Source: Macrostomum lignano (Eukaryota). From it: DNA of 64,000 nucleotides. The DNA is taken from the NCBI GenBank assembly GCA_002269645.1, contig NIVC01000254.1, positions 310,001 through 374,000 on the forward strand, written 5' to 3'. A program made the translations under genes and the position numbers. Under the pieces are notes generated by a model, which made no database searches, was not told where the DNA came from, and saw only the letters and a program-made list of their open reading frames with translations. This document shows positions 34,300 to 47,400 of this stretch, in pieces; the stretch's first letter is position 1, and every line of letters starts with the position of its first letter.

Positions 34300-37200
34300 A
34301 TGGCGCGACCTGCTCGACGTTTAAAGATTTTTATGTATTTTGTCACTGTTTTTGTATTCTTATGGGTAAGTCATTCTGCAAACTTTTTTATTTTAAATCT
34401 TTTTCTATTCTTTTTTTTCTACCATGGCATGAGCAGCATGAAGGCGAAGCTACCACTGCTAATGTAAATTAAAAATATTTAGACTGAGTATTTCTTAGAG
34501 CTTTAGAGACTTTAGAGTAGTTTTTAAGTAATAGCAAATTCCACAAAAGGCAAAAAACTAAAAAACAAAACTACTTGGTTTAGCAAAGCCAGGTCAAGTG
34601 CAATTAATATAGTTTATTAGTCAGATAAATGTTAATTTTATATAATGATATGTTATTTTGCCATTTAAATAAATGTTATAGGGGTAATTGTTCTCTGTTG
34701 AAAATTTTACCATTAAGCCACCAAGTTGTTACAGGTGTGTTTCTTGTACACTAGACTAGCCTAGGAAATCTCATAAACTGCCACCAAAGTTGTACAAATT
34801 CATACAAAGCTTTCCTTTTATCTCTTAAAAGATAGAAGGTGTTCTTTCTTCCACTGAATTTGTGTTTATTTATACTAAAATTTCAGATCATTTATAACAA
34901 AAAAGTAAATTGCATAAAAATTTTGAAAAAGATAATTATTAAAACAAAATAAATTCTATGATACAGATCCATAACCCTATTGCAGCCAAGGTCTGAACCG
35001 CGCCGGACGCCCCCCTTTCCCGCGCCAGACATCTACCCGTACTGCGCCAGGGCCAGTCCCCAGGATCAGTGATTTGGTTCAATTAGTCAGTCAATGGCTC
35101 GCCGCGCGCTGCCGCCACACGCCACGCCACCGCGCGCCGCTGCCACGCGCCGCACCGCCGCCGCGCGCCACGCCGCCGCCAGGCCAATCCACGCCGGACG
35201 CCGTCCACGAAAATGGCCATTGGCTGCAATAGGGATCCATAATATAGGATACATGGGTCACTGGTCAGATCGTCATATTCCATTTCATCATATTGGATGA
35301 TGAAGTGACCAGAAGCAAAGTAGCTTGAAAAATAATATGACAAAGTGACCAAATATTTAGTTATGCTAGATACTTCGTCATCAACCAATCAATCTGTACG
35401 TGATTCAAGTTAGTGTAACTATTTTTTGTTTAATAACTATAAGCTGTGGCAAGCAGAACCGATCGATTGACAGGTTTTATCAATCAAGATGACAAAATGA
35501 CTAGGATCATTTAGGATTCTAAGTAAATATATTTAATTGCCACAATAATTCACTTGAACTAATATGATTGGTAGATGATGAAATGACTCTCTTTAGGTAG
35601 TGCATGTTAATTAAGATGACGAAGTGACCATAGTCAAGGTGAGCACCCCAGACACCCAGATGACGAAATGGCAGATGACGAAATGACTAGGAACTGGATA
35701 CATGATGTAGCTATTTTCTTAGAAGGCTATTTCTACGAGTGTGACGGTCAAAGGTTGGTACATTAATTTCACAAAAAATATATGAAAAAGGGGTTTTGCA
35801 GCCTTTTTTTCATCAAAAAAATAATAATAACCAACTAGATCTTTTGAACTTGTTTAACTTGTGACACAGAAGTTTTTGATTCTCAATTAATTTAGCTTAT
35901 TGTGCATGTGACGGTCGAAGTTGAAGAACTCAAAGGTAAAGGGGAGTGAATTGTTTTTTGTGTTTTCTTCGGTCTTGATGATCTTAGAGCCATAAAAATC
36001 AATACACAAACTAGAAATTAGCCATACTTAGTAATATAAAATATTAAATACATACAAACAAGCAGAAAAAAAGTTTTGACACTTTTCTCTTGTGATGGTC
36101 GAAGTGTGACGGTTGAAGGTACCAACTGTGAAAAATTTATTTTCAACTCTGGTAAGGAAATATAAGTGTAGGACTAATAAATACTTTTACAGTAACCTTT
36201 TTTATGATAAATAACTAATCGAATAAATCATATCAGAGATGGGGGTTATGGTTAGAGCTTCCAATGGAAAGCAGCTAGAAAATGACCCCAGAACACCAAA
36301 ACTTGAAACTGTACCTGTTAACAGTGCAAGATTCGGCCTGTCTATTGGCATAAGCAGGTGATGTACTCTGGATTGCATTGGCAGCTTTTTCAAGGGCAAT
36401 GGCAGAGTTCTTTTGATATCGCACTAGGGCCTGTGCCTTGGCCTTGGCCTTTTGCTCATCAGAGCTAAGTAGATGACAAAGTTTGCTGCGCTCTTTTTCC
36501 TTAGTTTTCAACCTATTAGCATTTCTAGCCCGATACTCCTTACTACATTGGGCACTGGACTTAGGTTGGGCACTAACATTTGGCTGGGCACTATTAGAAT
36601 TCATTATCTGCTAGAATACATGAAATATAATATATTACTTGGTTATATTCTACTTGGAACCCCTACTTGGTTTAATAAAATTACTGAAAATAAAAACTTT
36701 ATACCATAGATCAAATGGGAGACAACTTGCTCAATTTTTGTGTTATGGTCGAGGGCAACTTTGCAGTGTTTTATCTATTGATTAACAATATATATACCAA
36801 TGAAATTTTATAACATTAAAGTGCACTTTCTTAAGTCTATTTTCTTAAAGAACATAGGTAAATACATAATTTATATTATGCAAATATTTTGAATGAAATA
36901 TTTTATTAAGTAGGAAAAAGACAAAGTCAATTGTGTTTGTCATGGGCCACATGAGGTACTATATGGACTAGAGCTTTATTCAAATAATATGTGCATTAAA
37001 ATTGATATTAGCCAATAGAAACTAAAAATATATATATTTGTACATTCAAAAACATAAAAAATGAAGAAAATGTTACAATAAAAAATAAACCCATGTGTGA
37101 CACACTCATGGAATGAGCCAGAAACACAGATTTTAAAATGGCATAGAAAATTATATCTTTGTGTACAAATAATGAATAAAAAGAAGCCTGTCATATAGAT

Positions 37201-40200
37201 GTCAAAATGGCAAAAGGCAAGCTATATCTTCAGTGGAATCATTTAGCAAAGCTATAGTCTTTAAGCTAATTGTTAGATTTTATTTTTCTTTGGAAAGAAA
37301 GTAAAAAGTAATAATAATAGTTACCAAAAATAGATAATGGCTAGGCTAGGGTTCTGGTACTGGAACCCATTTTCTAATGGCTATGGATCTGGAAATCTTC
37401 TACAGGCAGTTATTTATTAATGAAGTCTTGAACATTAGAAATATCTTGATTTAAATCTTATCATTTCATTTTGATCTTATCTTGAACAAAATCTCAATAT
37501 CAACCATCTATTAAAAAGTAAGATGTTTATACTAGGCCCTATATTATACCTCTAAATTGCATTATTAGAATACCACTGCTAGATCCATAGCCATTAAAAA
37601 ATGGGTTCCAATGCCAAAACTCTAGCTATTGCTCCAAGATAAGTAAATATATTATGACTTTTAAGGTTTATAGGCTTGTATTAAAAAATTACAGGATGAA
37701 CAATGTCAACATGTTAAATAGTAAAGACAGTTTTAAAAGAAGCCTTAGCCTTTATTACTTTATTATAGATTCTTAGTGTCATAAACCTATTTAGCATAAT
37801 TTTTGCTTTTGAAGGCTTGTTTTCTAAATATTCTGCTAATATAAGATAAAAAATTAAGTACAAAAGTGGGTTTGTTTAAAATAAACAATTTATAAATTTA
37901 TTTAACAAAAGTTAAGTTCATATTTATTAGGATGCACACTTTATTAAAATTGCTTATTTCTAAAAAAACTATATTATAGAACACAAATTATTAAGGCATT
38001 TTCAATAGTTAAAACTTGTTTTTTGGCCAGTGATTTTTCTTTTTAGGATCTTTTTCAAAAGTTGAGAATTATGCATTGTCTAAGAGTACTTAATTTATTT
38101 TTAGAAGATTAGACATATTTTATTTAATGAGACAAGAGCAAAATTAGAATACCTCACTTGAAAGTCAAATTTATTTCAAAGTATCCCTAAGACTAATCAA
38201 GCTGAAGTTTCTTTTTGACAAAAAGTGTATATTAAAATGGTAGGCCTTAGTCACCAAATGACCATCAGCATAGTTTATGCTCTGCTCTATGTTTAGTTCT
38301 TTTATTGAGAATTCATAAGCACCTATATGAAAAATAAAAGTTTGACACAGATTGCTTTTTGCAGCTTTCTTCTATTTATTTTGGTTCAAAAGTTACAAGT
38401 GCTTAAAGTTCAAAAACATGATGGGACCCTCTTGTGGACCCTCTTGGGATATCCCTTTTTATATCAATATCTTTCAAGGATTTAAATAATAATAAAAGTT
38501 AAAATTATAAAGCTTGGTTACTATAATTTTGAAGATCTACTAAAGTACACAAAGATAATGTGGCTTCCACTAAAGTACACAAGTATAATGCAGCCAATCC
38601 AAAAGCATTCCCCCTTTCCCAAATCAATATTTTCAGCTCGTGTTTGTCAGCTTGCCTAACTTTACCCTATACAGCAATCAGATGACAAAAATCATTGGCC
38701 ACAATGGACAACTTCCTCAATTAGATAGGCCAATCCTGATAAATGGAATCTGGCAAATGCCTAATTATAGGAATTCAACTAATTCAAATTCCACTTCTTG
38801 GTCCAACATGTCAATACCAAAAATTATTCACCAAACATTTCCAACTAAAATGGTTTACAAAAACTACTTGCCTCTGATCAACAGCTGCTTGACACTAAAT
38901 CCTGACTGGCAGTATTATCTATGGACCGACTCAGATGCTGAAGCTTTAATTGCTAGCAAATATCCTGGATTTCTATCCAAGTATCTAAGCTACAAGGACA
39001 ACTTGGAGCGAGCCGATTCTATTCGGTATATTGTTCTGCATCACTTTGGCGGTGAGTTTTGTGTCTTAATCTGCTTTATGGCTTGTGTGGCTTCAGCTGT
39101 CATAGCTGGCACTCCAAAATGTCACACTTTCCTGTAATCTCTTCGACTTCATCAGCACTCCTAACCTAAGTTTCACTACGATTTCACTCTCTCACTCTAA
39201 TGTCACTCTGACTGACTCCGGTTTCACACCCACTGCAATATTGCCCTTTCTGGCACACAATCCAATGTCCCTAGCTCTGGCTTAATGTCACCCTCCATCT
39301 CCAATTTCACTCACTCTGGTCTCTGGCCCCCATGTCACTTGCTCTGGCTCCCGTGTCAGATGTCACTCGCTCTAGCTCCAATGCCACTCGCTCTAGCTCC
39401 AATGCCACTCGGTCTAGCTCCAATGTCACTCGGTCTAGCTCCAATATCACTCGCTCTAGCTCCAATATCACTCGCTCTAGCTCCAATGTCGCTCGCTCTA
39501 GCTCCAATATCACTCGCTCTAGCTCCAATGTCACTCGCTCTAGCTCCAATGTCACTCGCTCTAGCTCCAATGTCACTCGCTCTAGCTCCAATGTCACTCG
39601 GTCTAGATCCAATATCACTCGCTCTAGCTCCAATATCACTCGCTCTAGCTCCAATATCACTCGCTCTAGCTCCAATATCACTCGCTCTAGCTTCAATGTC
39701 ACTCGCTCTAGCTCCAATGTCACTCACTCTAGCTCCAATGCCACTCGGTCTAGCTCCAATATCACTCGGTCTAGCTCCAATATCACTCGCTCTAGCTCCA
39801 ATGTCACTCGCTTTAGCTCCAATGTCACTCGCTCTAGCTCCAATGCCACTCGGTCTAGCTCCAATATCACTCGGTCTAGCTCCAATATCACTCGCTCTAG
39901 CTCCAATGTCACTCGCTTTAGCTCCAATATCACTCGCTTTGGTTCGGACAGGCATTTATTTAGACATGGACGTCGAATGTCAGCGGCCATTTTTCCCGGC
40001 ACTGTCGGGCTTGCCAGCCTTCGTAGACCAGGAGCGCCAAGAGCAGAGCAACATATTCTGGTCCATGCCCTACAGCGCCATGAATTCGGCGATGGGCTCA
40101 GCGCCTGGTCATCCATTCTATCAGTTCATGATCAATGCGATGAGCCAATATGGCAAAGTTGGTAATGCATTCGAGAGCACTGGACCGCGCCTGTTAACGG

Positions 40201-41697
40201 CAAAGTACGCCGAGTACTGTGCCCTTTCTAGGAAAGCGTCAAATTCGGCTAAATTGCCTCCCGTGGCCCTGCTTGAATCCCGGGTCATGTCGCCCCTGAT
40301 GGACCCCGGCAAGGACTGGAAGCAGACGTGCCTGGTTACGCGTGAGTCCAACTGTTTGTTCTAGCTTGCTTCACGCACTTCACATTCACATTGTTTAGGA
40401 GTTTCACCTTCACGTTATCTAGGAACTTCACCTTCACATTATCTAATAATTGTAGCTTCACATCATCTAATAACTTCACCTTCACATTATCTAATAACTT
40501 CACCTTCACATTATCTAATACTTGTAGCTTCACATCCTCTAATAACTTCACCTTCACATTCTCTAATAACTTCACCTTCACATTATCTAATAACTTCACC
40601 TTCACATTATCTAATAACTTCACCTTCACATTATCTAATAACTTCACCTTCACATTATCTAATAACTTCACCTTCACATTATCTAATAACTTCACCTTCA
40701 CATTATCTAATAACTTCACCTTCACAATATCTAATAATTGTAGCTTCACATCCTCTAATAACTTCATCTTCACATTATCTAATAACTTCACCTTCACATT
40801 ATCTAATAACTTCACCTTCACATTATCTAATAACTTCACCTTCACATTATCTAATAACTTCACCTTCACATTATCTAATAACTTCACCTTCACATTATCT
40901 AATAACTTCACCTTCACAATATCTAATAATTGTAGCTTCACATCCTCTAATAACTTCATCTTCACATTATCTAATAACTTCACCTTCACATTATCTAATA
41001 ACTTCACCTTCACATTATCTAATAACTTCACCTTCACATTATCTAATAACTTCACCTTCACATTATCTAATAACTTCACCTTCACATTATCTAATAACTT
41101 CACCTTCACAATATCTAATAATTGTAGCTTCACATCCTCTAATAACTTCATCTTCACATTATCTAATAACTTCACCTTCACATTATCTAATAACTTCACC
41201 TTCACATTATCTAATAACTTCACCTTCACATTATCTAATAACTTCACCTTCACATTATCTAATAACTTCACCTTCACAATATCTAATAATTGTAGCTTCA
41301 CATCCTCTAATAACTTCATCTTCACATTATCTAATAGCTTCACCTTCACAATTCACAGCTTCACCTTCAAAATTCACAGCTTCACCTTCACAATTCACAG
41401 CTTCACCTACAACACACATCACCTTTGCCAGCATCGAAATGCTCCCGAATTATTCAAAAAGGTTAATACGGTAACTGTGAATTTGCAGTGAACTTTCGCT
41501 GGTGGACCGTGTCCCTGGCCGGCTGCAAGACTCTGCAGGCAAAGAATTGGCGCATGGACGATAGCGACAACGCCACGCTTGCGGTGCACAAATTTCTACA
41601 CCTGGGCTACCGCTTCAAGGCTGGCAGTCGAAAAGCTAAATTAGACATAACCAAAGTGTTCCCTAATAGGGTCAAGTTTTTCAACTCTTTGAGTTGA
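34300..41697 (+). CDS. GT32-family (DXD, OCH1/Sur1-like) type II membrane glycosyltransferase, 4 exons, 359 aa
   Basis: Exons 34300-34365 (MARPARRLKIFMYFVTVFVFLW, signal anchor), 38637-39051 (IPKIIHQT...NPDWQYYLWTD...ERADSIRYIVLHHFGG), 39952-40341 (IYLDMDV...NSAMGSAPGHPF...STGPRLLT) and 41489-41697 (LAVHKFLHLGY). All introns are GT-AG, phases 0/1/1, 1080 nt in total. Confidence 0.88.
34975..35234. mobile_element. 260-bp GC-rich MITE with an 8-bp TSD (hAT/P-type)
   Basis: TIR CCCTATTGCAGCCAA / TTGGCTGCAATAGGG and TSD ATCCATAA (34967-74, 35235-42). The core is CpG-rich. Confidence 0.85.
35256..35695. mobile_element. Mutator-like MITE with a 9-bp TSD
   Basis: Direct repeat GGATACATG (35247-55, 35696-704). 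Degenerate TIRs match at about 15 of 21 bases. Many internal GATGACGAA(A/G)TGAC motifs. Confidence 0.75.
36275..36604 (-). pseudogene. Basic helical ORF fragment, possibly the N-terminus of a DNA transposase
   Basis: EYRARNANRLKTKEKERSK...AYANRQ recalls basic N-terminal segments of some invertebrate transposases. No catalytic motif was seen. Confidence 0.2.
37346..37625. mobile_element. MITE with ~45-bp imperfect TIRs
   Basis: CTAGGGTTCTGGTACTGGAACCCATTTTCTAATGGCTATGGATCT is mirrored by AGATCCATAGCCATTAAAAAATGGGTTCCAATGCCAAAACTCTAG. Confidence 0.7.
39340..39941. repeat. 21-bp minisatellite (GTCACTCGCTCTAGCTCCAAT) in intron 2 of the glycosyltransferase gene
   Basis: Tandem units running up to the acceptor at 39951. 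Confidence 0.95.
40375..41410. repeat. 24-bp minisatellite (AACTTCACCTTCACATTATCTAAT) in intron 3 of the glycosyltransferase gene
   Basis: Tandem units with a periodic TGTAGCTTCACATCC variant (higher-order repeat). Confidence 0.95.
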
Positions 41698-41929
41698 CCA
41701 ACAGCACAGCTCTAAACTCATATAATCATATTGTTTTATTTTGTGAACTAGAATAAGTTCAGTTTTTTTTAACATTACGAGCCTTTGCCTAATATATAAA
41801 ATATGGTAATGCTTTTAGAACATTATTTTTCGTATTATGTTCTAGAAGTTTAGGATTAGGGATCTTGAATTGTGGGGATTTCTTAGAATTTGTAGTATGA
41901 TGTAATTAATAATGTAATAATTGATTACA

Positions 41930-42058
41930 CTTGCCCAATTGGGCCACATGTGCAACCATGTCTTGCTCAATGACATATTGTTCCAGTGGGATCGGGAATC
42001 GAACCCCTGACCTTCAAGTCCTCACGCCGACGCTCTGACCACTAGGCTACAACCTCTT
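41930..42058 (-). mobile_element. tRNA-derived SINE, 5' part
   Basis: The minus strand reads AGAGGTTGTAGCCTAGTGG (A box)...GGGGTTCGATTCCC (B box), then CCACTGGAACAATATGTCATTGAGCAAGACA. Homologous to the SINE at 47253. Confidence 0.8.
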
Positions 42059-42220
42059 CAAAATGGCAAAATCGATATTTAAAAAGGGGATTTTCAGAAT
42101 TGGGAATCAATCTGAGCTTCTGATTTTTTTGTGATTTCCCAATGAAAACGGTATACCTAGGCCAAGAAGCGACCCAGAGTCGATTCAGGGTGGTTGCAGG
42201 TGACATGTAAAATAGGCAAT

Positions 42221-42252
<32 letters not shown>

Positions 42253-44443
42253 ATTTGTTTTTTTGCGCATATGTTAGTAGCATTTGTGCCTGGCAAGAAC
42301 TCCTCAAAGCTTCTTCCACATCAATTTTATGAAACAAGGTTTAAGTAACTCTTCAATGATTGTTCTGAGAGATAAATCACCCCTCGTAATTTTACACCTG
42401 ATTATGACTTTTTTCAGTACCTTTTGGCTTACTAACCCTGCGCTTCTTGTTTTTTTGAAACCGTTTTTTTATTTTTCATTTTTTCCGGTTTAAATTTAAC
42501 CAAATATATTTGCTGCTATATAGCTTTCTTATTGCATGTACATGTAATTGTGTTATTATAGTAATAATAGTAATTTATAATTAGTAATATAATTATTTTC
42601 GCCTTCAAATCTTCGAAAACATTTTTTACGACAGACCAAAACTTTGTTTCCTAGTCAGACTTTATTGACTCGTACTCAGTTGGTGGTTTTTGGTCAAGAA
42701 TGTATGTTTAATTCACATGCATGTATAATATGTAGCTCGGTACATTCACTCCGGTCGTTAGTGAATTGTGGGCCAATTTTTACCAGGCGTGGGTGTCATT
42801 ACCTTGGATTAATTGAACAGCGCGGGTTCATTCTCATGAGATCAGCTCTAAAAATTACGCTATAAATTTGCAGTACATGCATTTGTACATGTTTGCGTAC
42901 ACGCGGTACATTTAAACGGGCTGACTCCCGCACCACGACCTCTCGGTTCGTATTCGCGCGCGGCCACTTAACTGCACATCAATTAATTTTGGTAATTAAT
43001 TAACTATTCACGTCTAAGAGGGTAAAGTCCTCAAGGCAACAGGATCTACACATTATCTGACAATTAGTCGGCATGTATGAATGCACGTTTTATGTACTTT
43101 ATAGTACATGTATAGTCAACGAAATATGTATACTCGTAGAATTTTCGCAGCGATGTTCGTGGGGCATTTCACTGACATCGTTGCGCCAGGGTGCATGCCT
43201 ATAGTACATAACTTTTGAATATTTTTATATGTATATGTAAAGAGCAACAAAGTATACAGTGTATAAGTGTACTTGTTTGAAGACTCAAAAATAATTCTCT
43301 GCTTTTGCATACATTTATTTCTTTAGTTTTTTTGTGTACATGACTTAAGTACAATGAGAAGGTAAGCTAGCGATTTATTACCAAATATATTTGTAGACGT
43401 AGTCACTTTTTAATAACGATGTTATTAAAACGATAATGGCAAAATTCATCATTTAAAACAAAACTTCTCTATAGACTAACACAGCAACCTCTAGATCTTT
43501 ATATATAATCTCGGTAAAATAATAAATAGTTTTTTCTGTGTTTTGCTATTAAATTAAAGCAATTTTTATCATGGCATGTGCTTGTAGTTGATTCTGCTAT
43601 TCTTTTAAACCGATTTTCCTAAGCTTCAGACTTATTGGTCGAGTAAGATATCGTTAATTGCGAGTTATTTTTTATTCAAAGCCATCTTTAATTGAAAAAT
43701 TACAGACATAAACTAGAAAAGTTATAAAACTCGTTTTTTACTCGAGGCGATTTGCTTAAAATTTATCAACGTTCCTAAAAGGTAAAGGTAAAACATCTAA
43801 ACAAAAGTCAGCACAAACCTAACCTTATTAATTTTAAGAAGTTTTAAAATTAATTAAGTTAGCATTTCTAAAGCGAAATTCAGTGTAGTTTCTAAGTCTG
43901 AGTTAAATAATTAACAATTTATATTTGCAGGTTTTTGTTTAGCTGTAATATTTTTGTTTACCTTGACCTATTTTGTTGTTTATATTATAGTTGAAAGCAA
44001 TAATTACTAAAATTTTTGCTCAAATTTAAATTGCTAAAGTTTTGACTTCTGTGGCTTAGGTGCCTTAGAAGCTTTTTATTAATTTACGAGTACCTAAATA
44101 AAACAGTTTTAAAGAGCCATGCGACGATTAAAAATAGTTTGTTATAACTTTTATGTCATTCTATCATCCATTAATATGCATTTATTTAGTCTACTAAATT
44201 CTTTTTTTTCTAATTTTAATTGGCAAATTTTATATGCTATTAGTATAACTGAAATAATGGCTAACCTGTGAAAATTCGTTTTAATAGTTAGTTACGTCTT
44301 TATAAAAGGCTGCTTCTTATATTACTGCTCCTAGCTACATGTACAAGCTAAATCTATTGCCTTGATGATACATGATTGGTAAATATTAAAAATTTATCTT
44401 TCAGCCATCAAAACCGTCGCACACGCGACTCTAATGGTCAACA

Positions 44444-47400
44444 ATGGCCATTCGAATCATGACTTGGAAAACACTTGTTGAATGTGGCCTACTAGCCATT
44501 GTTGCCGTTCTGTCCGCTGCCTGTCTGGCAACCGCCAGCCCGCCGGCTTATTGTCCGGCACTCAACGAGCCCGGCATCAGCGGCGGCGACCAGCCCAAGC
44601 GGGTGTTCGCTGGCGACCGCCTCCTGCTCAGCTGCTGCCTTCGTAGAAGCCGCGACTCCTCTGTCGGCGGCCTGCTCTGGCTCGCACCGGACGGCAGCCC
44701 GGTTGACCACTTCAGCGGCTCCTCCAGCTCGGACGATGCCGACTTCATCCTGTCCGACTCCGCCGACAATGGTCGCTTAGCAACAGCGCTGCTGGTTGCG
44801 CCGCGAGCATCGCCCGAACGACACGCCGGCATCTTCGTGTGCAAAGACGAAGAGACGGGCGCCGCGGCAAGCCTTCGGGTCGACGTGGCCCGCCGACTGC
44901 GACTGACGGCGCCGCCAGTGCAGTGGCTCCGTCAGGGCTCCGACGGCAAAGCCGTGTGCACCTCGGCCGAGCCGCTGCCAGCCGCAGACGAAGCCAACAT
45001 TCAAATCTCGTGGTACCGGGAGCGTCGCAAGATACCGGATGTGAAAGCTGGAGGCGGAAGGGAGCGGGTGAGGTCCAACGGATCGACCCTGCTGGTGACG
45101 CGAGCCCTGGAGTCGGACGAGGGTGCCTACGCCTGCCAGGGTCGCCTGCCCGCCATCGGCGCAGATTTGGACGCCCAGATCGACGTTCGAGTTGTTCAAC
45201 TTCGGGTCTATCGGAAGCCGCGCATCCTACGCGGCCCCTGGGTGGCGAGCGCGGGCGGCGGCAAGGCGGTCCAGGGCCTCACTAACGAGTTCGCCTGTCT
45301 GGTGGACTCGCGTCCGCCGGCGCAAATTGACTGGTTAATCCAGGGCCGGCCCATTGACTTCTCAGATCCGGCCAGCTTGTCCGAGATCGCCTTCGCCAGC
45401 CGTCGTGATGAGAAATCCGACCAGCGGTCGCCGACAAAATCGGTGCTGAAGGTGTTCAACTTCATGGGCAACGGGGCGGGCGGCCCGGACGAATCGGAGG
45501 ATTCCGCATTCCTGCGGCCCGTGCCGACCTTCGCGTGCCGAGCCACGCTGACCATTCAAGAGGCCGGCGTGCTGGTGACCGACACGAAGGAGTGAGTCCC
45601 GTTCGTGACCTTGAACTGAAAATGACCTTAGCCAAACAATTACGCTTGTACTATTAGCCTGACGATGACCTTTGCCTGACAATGACCTTAGCGTGACAAT
45701 GACCTTAGCGTGACAATGACCTTAGCCTGACAATGAGCTTTTAAGCCGGAGCATGACTATTAGCCTGACCATGACCTTGAGGCTTGACCTTATAGTGACC
45801 TTTGAGCTCACAATGTTCATAAACTCATTAAGACTTTAATTGTCTTGACCCTAGATGACCTGTGGGTCACAATGACCCTGAACTATAGAATATCGTAATC
45901 CCCTATAGTGCCCTTGACTATTTTGTATGCAATACTTGAAAATGAACCACTATCGTAGCATTTTATCTTCAATATGCTTCCAGCTTCATCATCAATGAGC
46001 AGCAGTGTATTCTGACTACTCATATAAACTGGATTATTAAACTATTTTTAAGTAGGACTCTGATATCAAAATTCTCAAAGCTCAAAAGTTTTTTAAATCA
46101 TTGGCTGCATACTGGAATATGAATTTCATGCAGGCAGTATCTGGCCCCTTAAATCAGAGTCAGTAGGTCGCCATGACACCAAGATCAAAAATTGTAGCCT
46201 AGTGGGGGTTTGTAGCCTAGTGGGGGGGTTGTAGCCTAGTGGGGGTTTGTAGCCTAGTGGGGGTTTGTAGCCTAGTGGGGGTTTGTAGCCTAGTGGGGGT
46301 TTGTAGCCTAGTGGGGGTTTGTAGCCTAGTGGGGGGGGTTGTAGCCTAGTGGGGGTTTGTAGCCTAGTGGGGGTTTTAGCCTAGTGAGGGGTTTTAGCCT
46401 AGTGGGGGGGGGGTTGTAGCCTAGTGGGGGTTTGTAGCCTAGTGGGGGTTTGTAGCCTAGTGGGGGTTTGTAGCCTAGTGGGGGTTTGTAGCCTAGTGGG
46501 GGTTTGTAGCCTAGTGGGGGTTTGTAGCCTAGTGGGGGTTTGTAGCCTAGTGGGGGTTTGTAGCCTAGTGGGGGTTTGTAGCCTAGTGGGGGTTTGTAGC
46601 CTAGTGGGGGTTTGTAGCCTAGTGGGGGTTTGTAGCCTAGTGGGGGTTTGTAGCCTAGTGGGGGTTTGTAGCCTAGTGGGGGTTTGTAGCCTAGTGGGGG
46701 TTTGTAGCCTAGTGGGGGTTTGTAGCCTAGTGGGGGTTTGTAGCCTAGTGGGGGTTTGTAGCCTAGTGGGGGTTTGTAGCCTAGTGGGGGGTTGTAGCCT
46801 AGTGGGGGTTTTAGCCTAGTGAGGGGTTTTAGCCTAGTGGGGGGGGGTTGTAGCCTAGTGGGGGTTTGTAGCCTAGTGGGGGTTTGTAGCCTAGTGGGGG
46901 TTTGTAGCCTAGTGGGAGTTTGTAGCCTAGTGGGGGTTATAGAGGTTGTAGCCTAGTGGGGGGTTGTAGCCTAGTGGGGGGTTGTAGCCTAGTGGGGGGT
47001 TGTAGCCTAGTTGGGGTTGTAGAGGTTGTAGCCTAGTGGGGGGTTGTAGCCTAGTGGGGGGTTGTAGCCTAGTGGGGGTTGTAGAGGTTGTAGCCTAGTG
47101 GGGGTTGTAGCCTAGTGGGGGGTTGTAGCCTAGTGGGGGTTGTAGAGGTTGTAGCCTAGTGGGGGGTTGTAGCCTAGTGGGGGGTTGTAGCCTAGTGGGG
47201 GTTGTAGAGGTTGTAGCCTAGTGGGGGCTTGTAGCCTAGTGGGGGTTGTAATTGTAGCCTAATGGTTAGAGCGTTGGACTCGCGACTTGAAGGTCGAGGG
47301 TTCGATTCCTAATTCCACTGGAACAATTTGTGTCCTTGATTAAGACACTTAACTCTGCATTGCTTCAGTTCACCCAGCTATAGAATGGGTGCCAGCATTA

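Noticed and set aside
39307-41491. Long repetitive ORFs (LELERV, SSNVTR, VKLLDN, FTFTLSNN)
   Set aside because: They are translations of intronic minisatellites whose unit length is divisible by 3. Flanking exons splice across them in phase.
42905-42962. Degenerate tRNA-like or SINE head on the minus strand
   Set aside because: The B box is corrupted and no body homology was recognised.
41930-47330. A-box/B-box sequences as genuine tRNA genes
   Set aside because: There is no complete cloverleaf or acceptor stem, and both continue into shared SINE body sequence.
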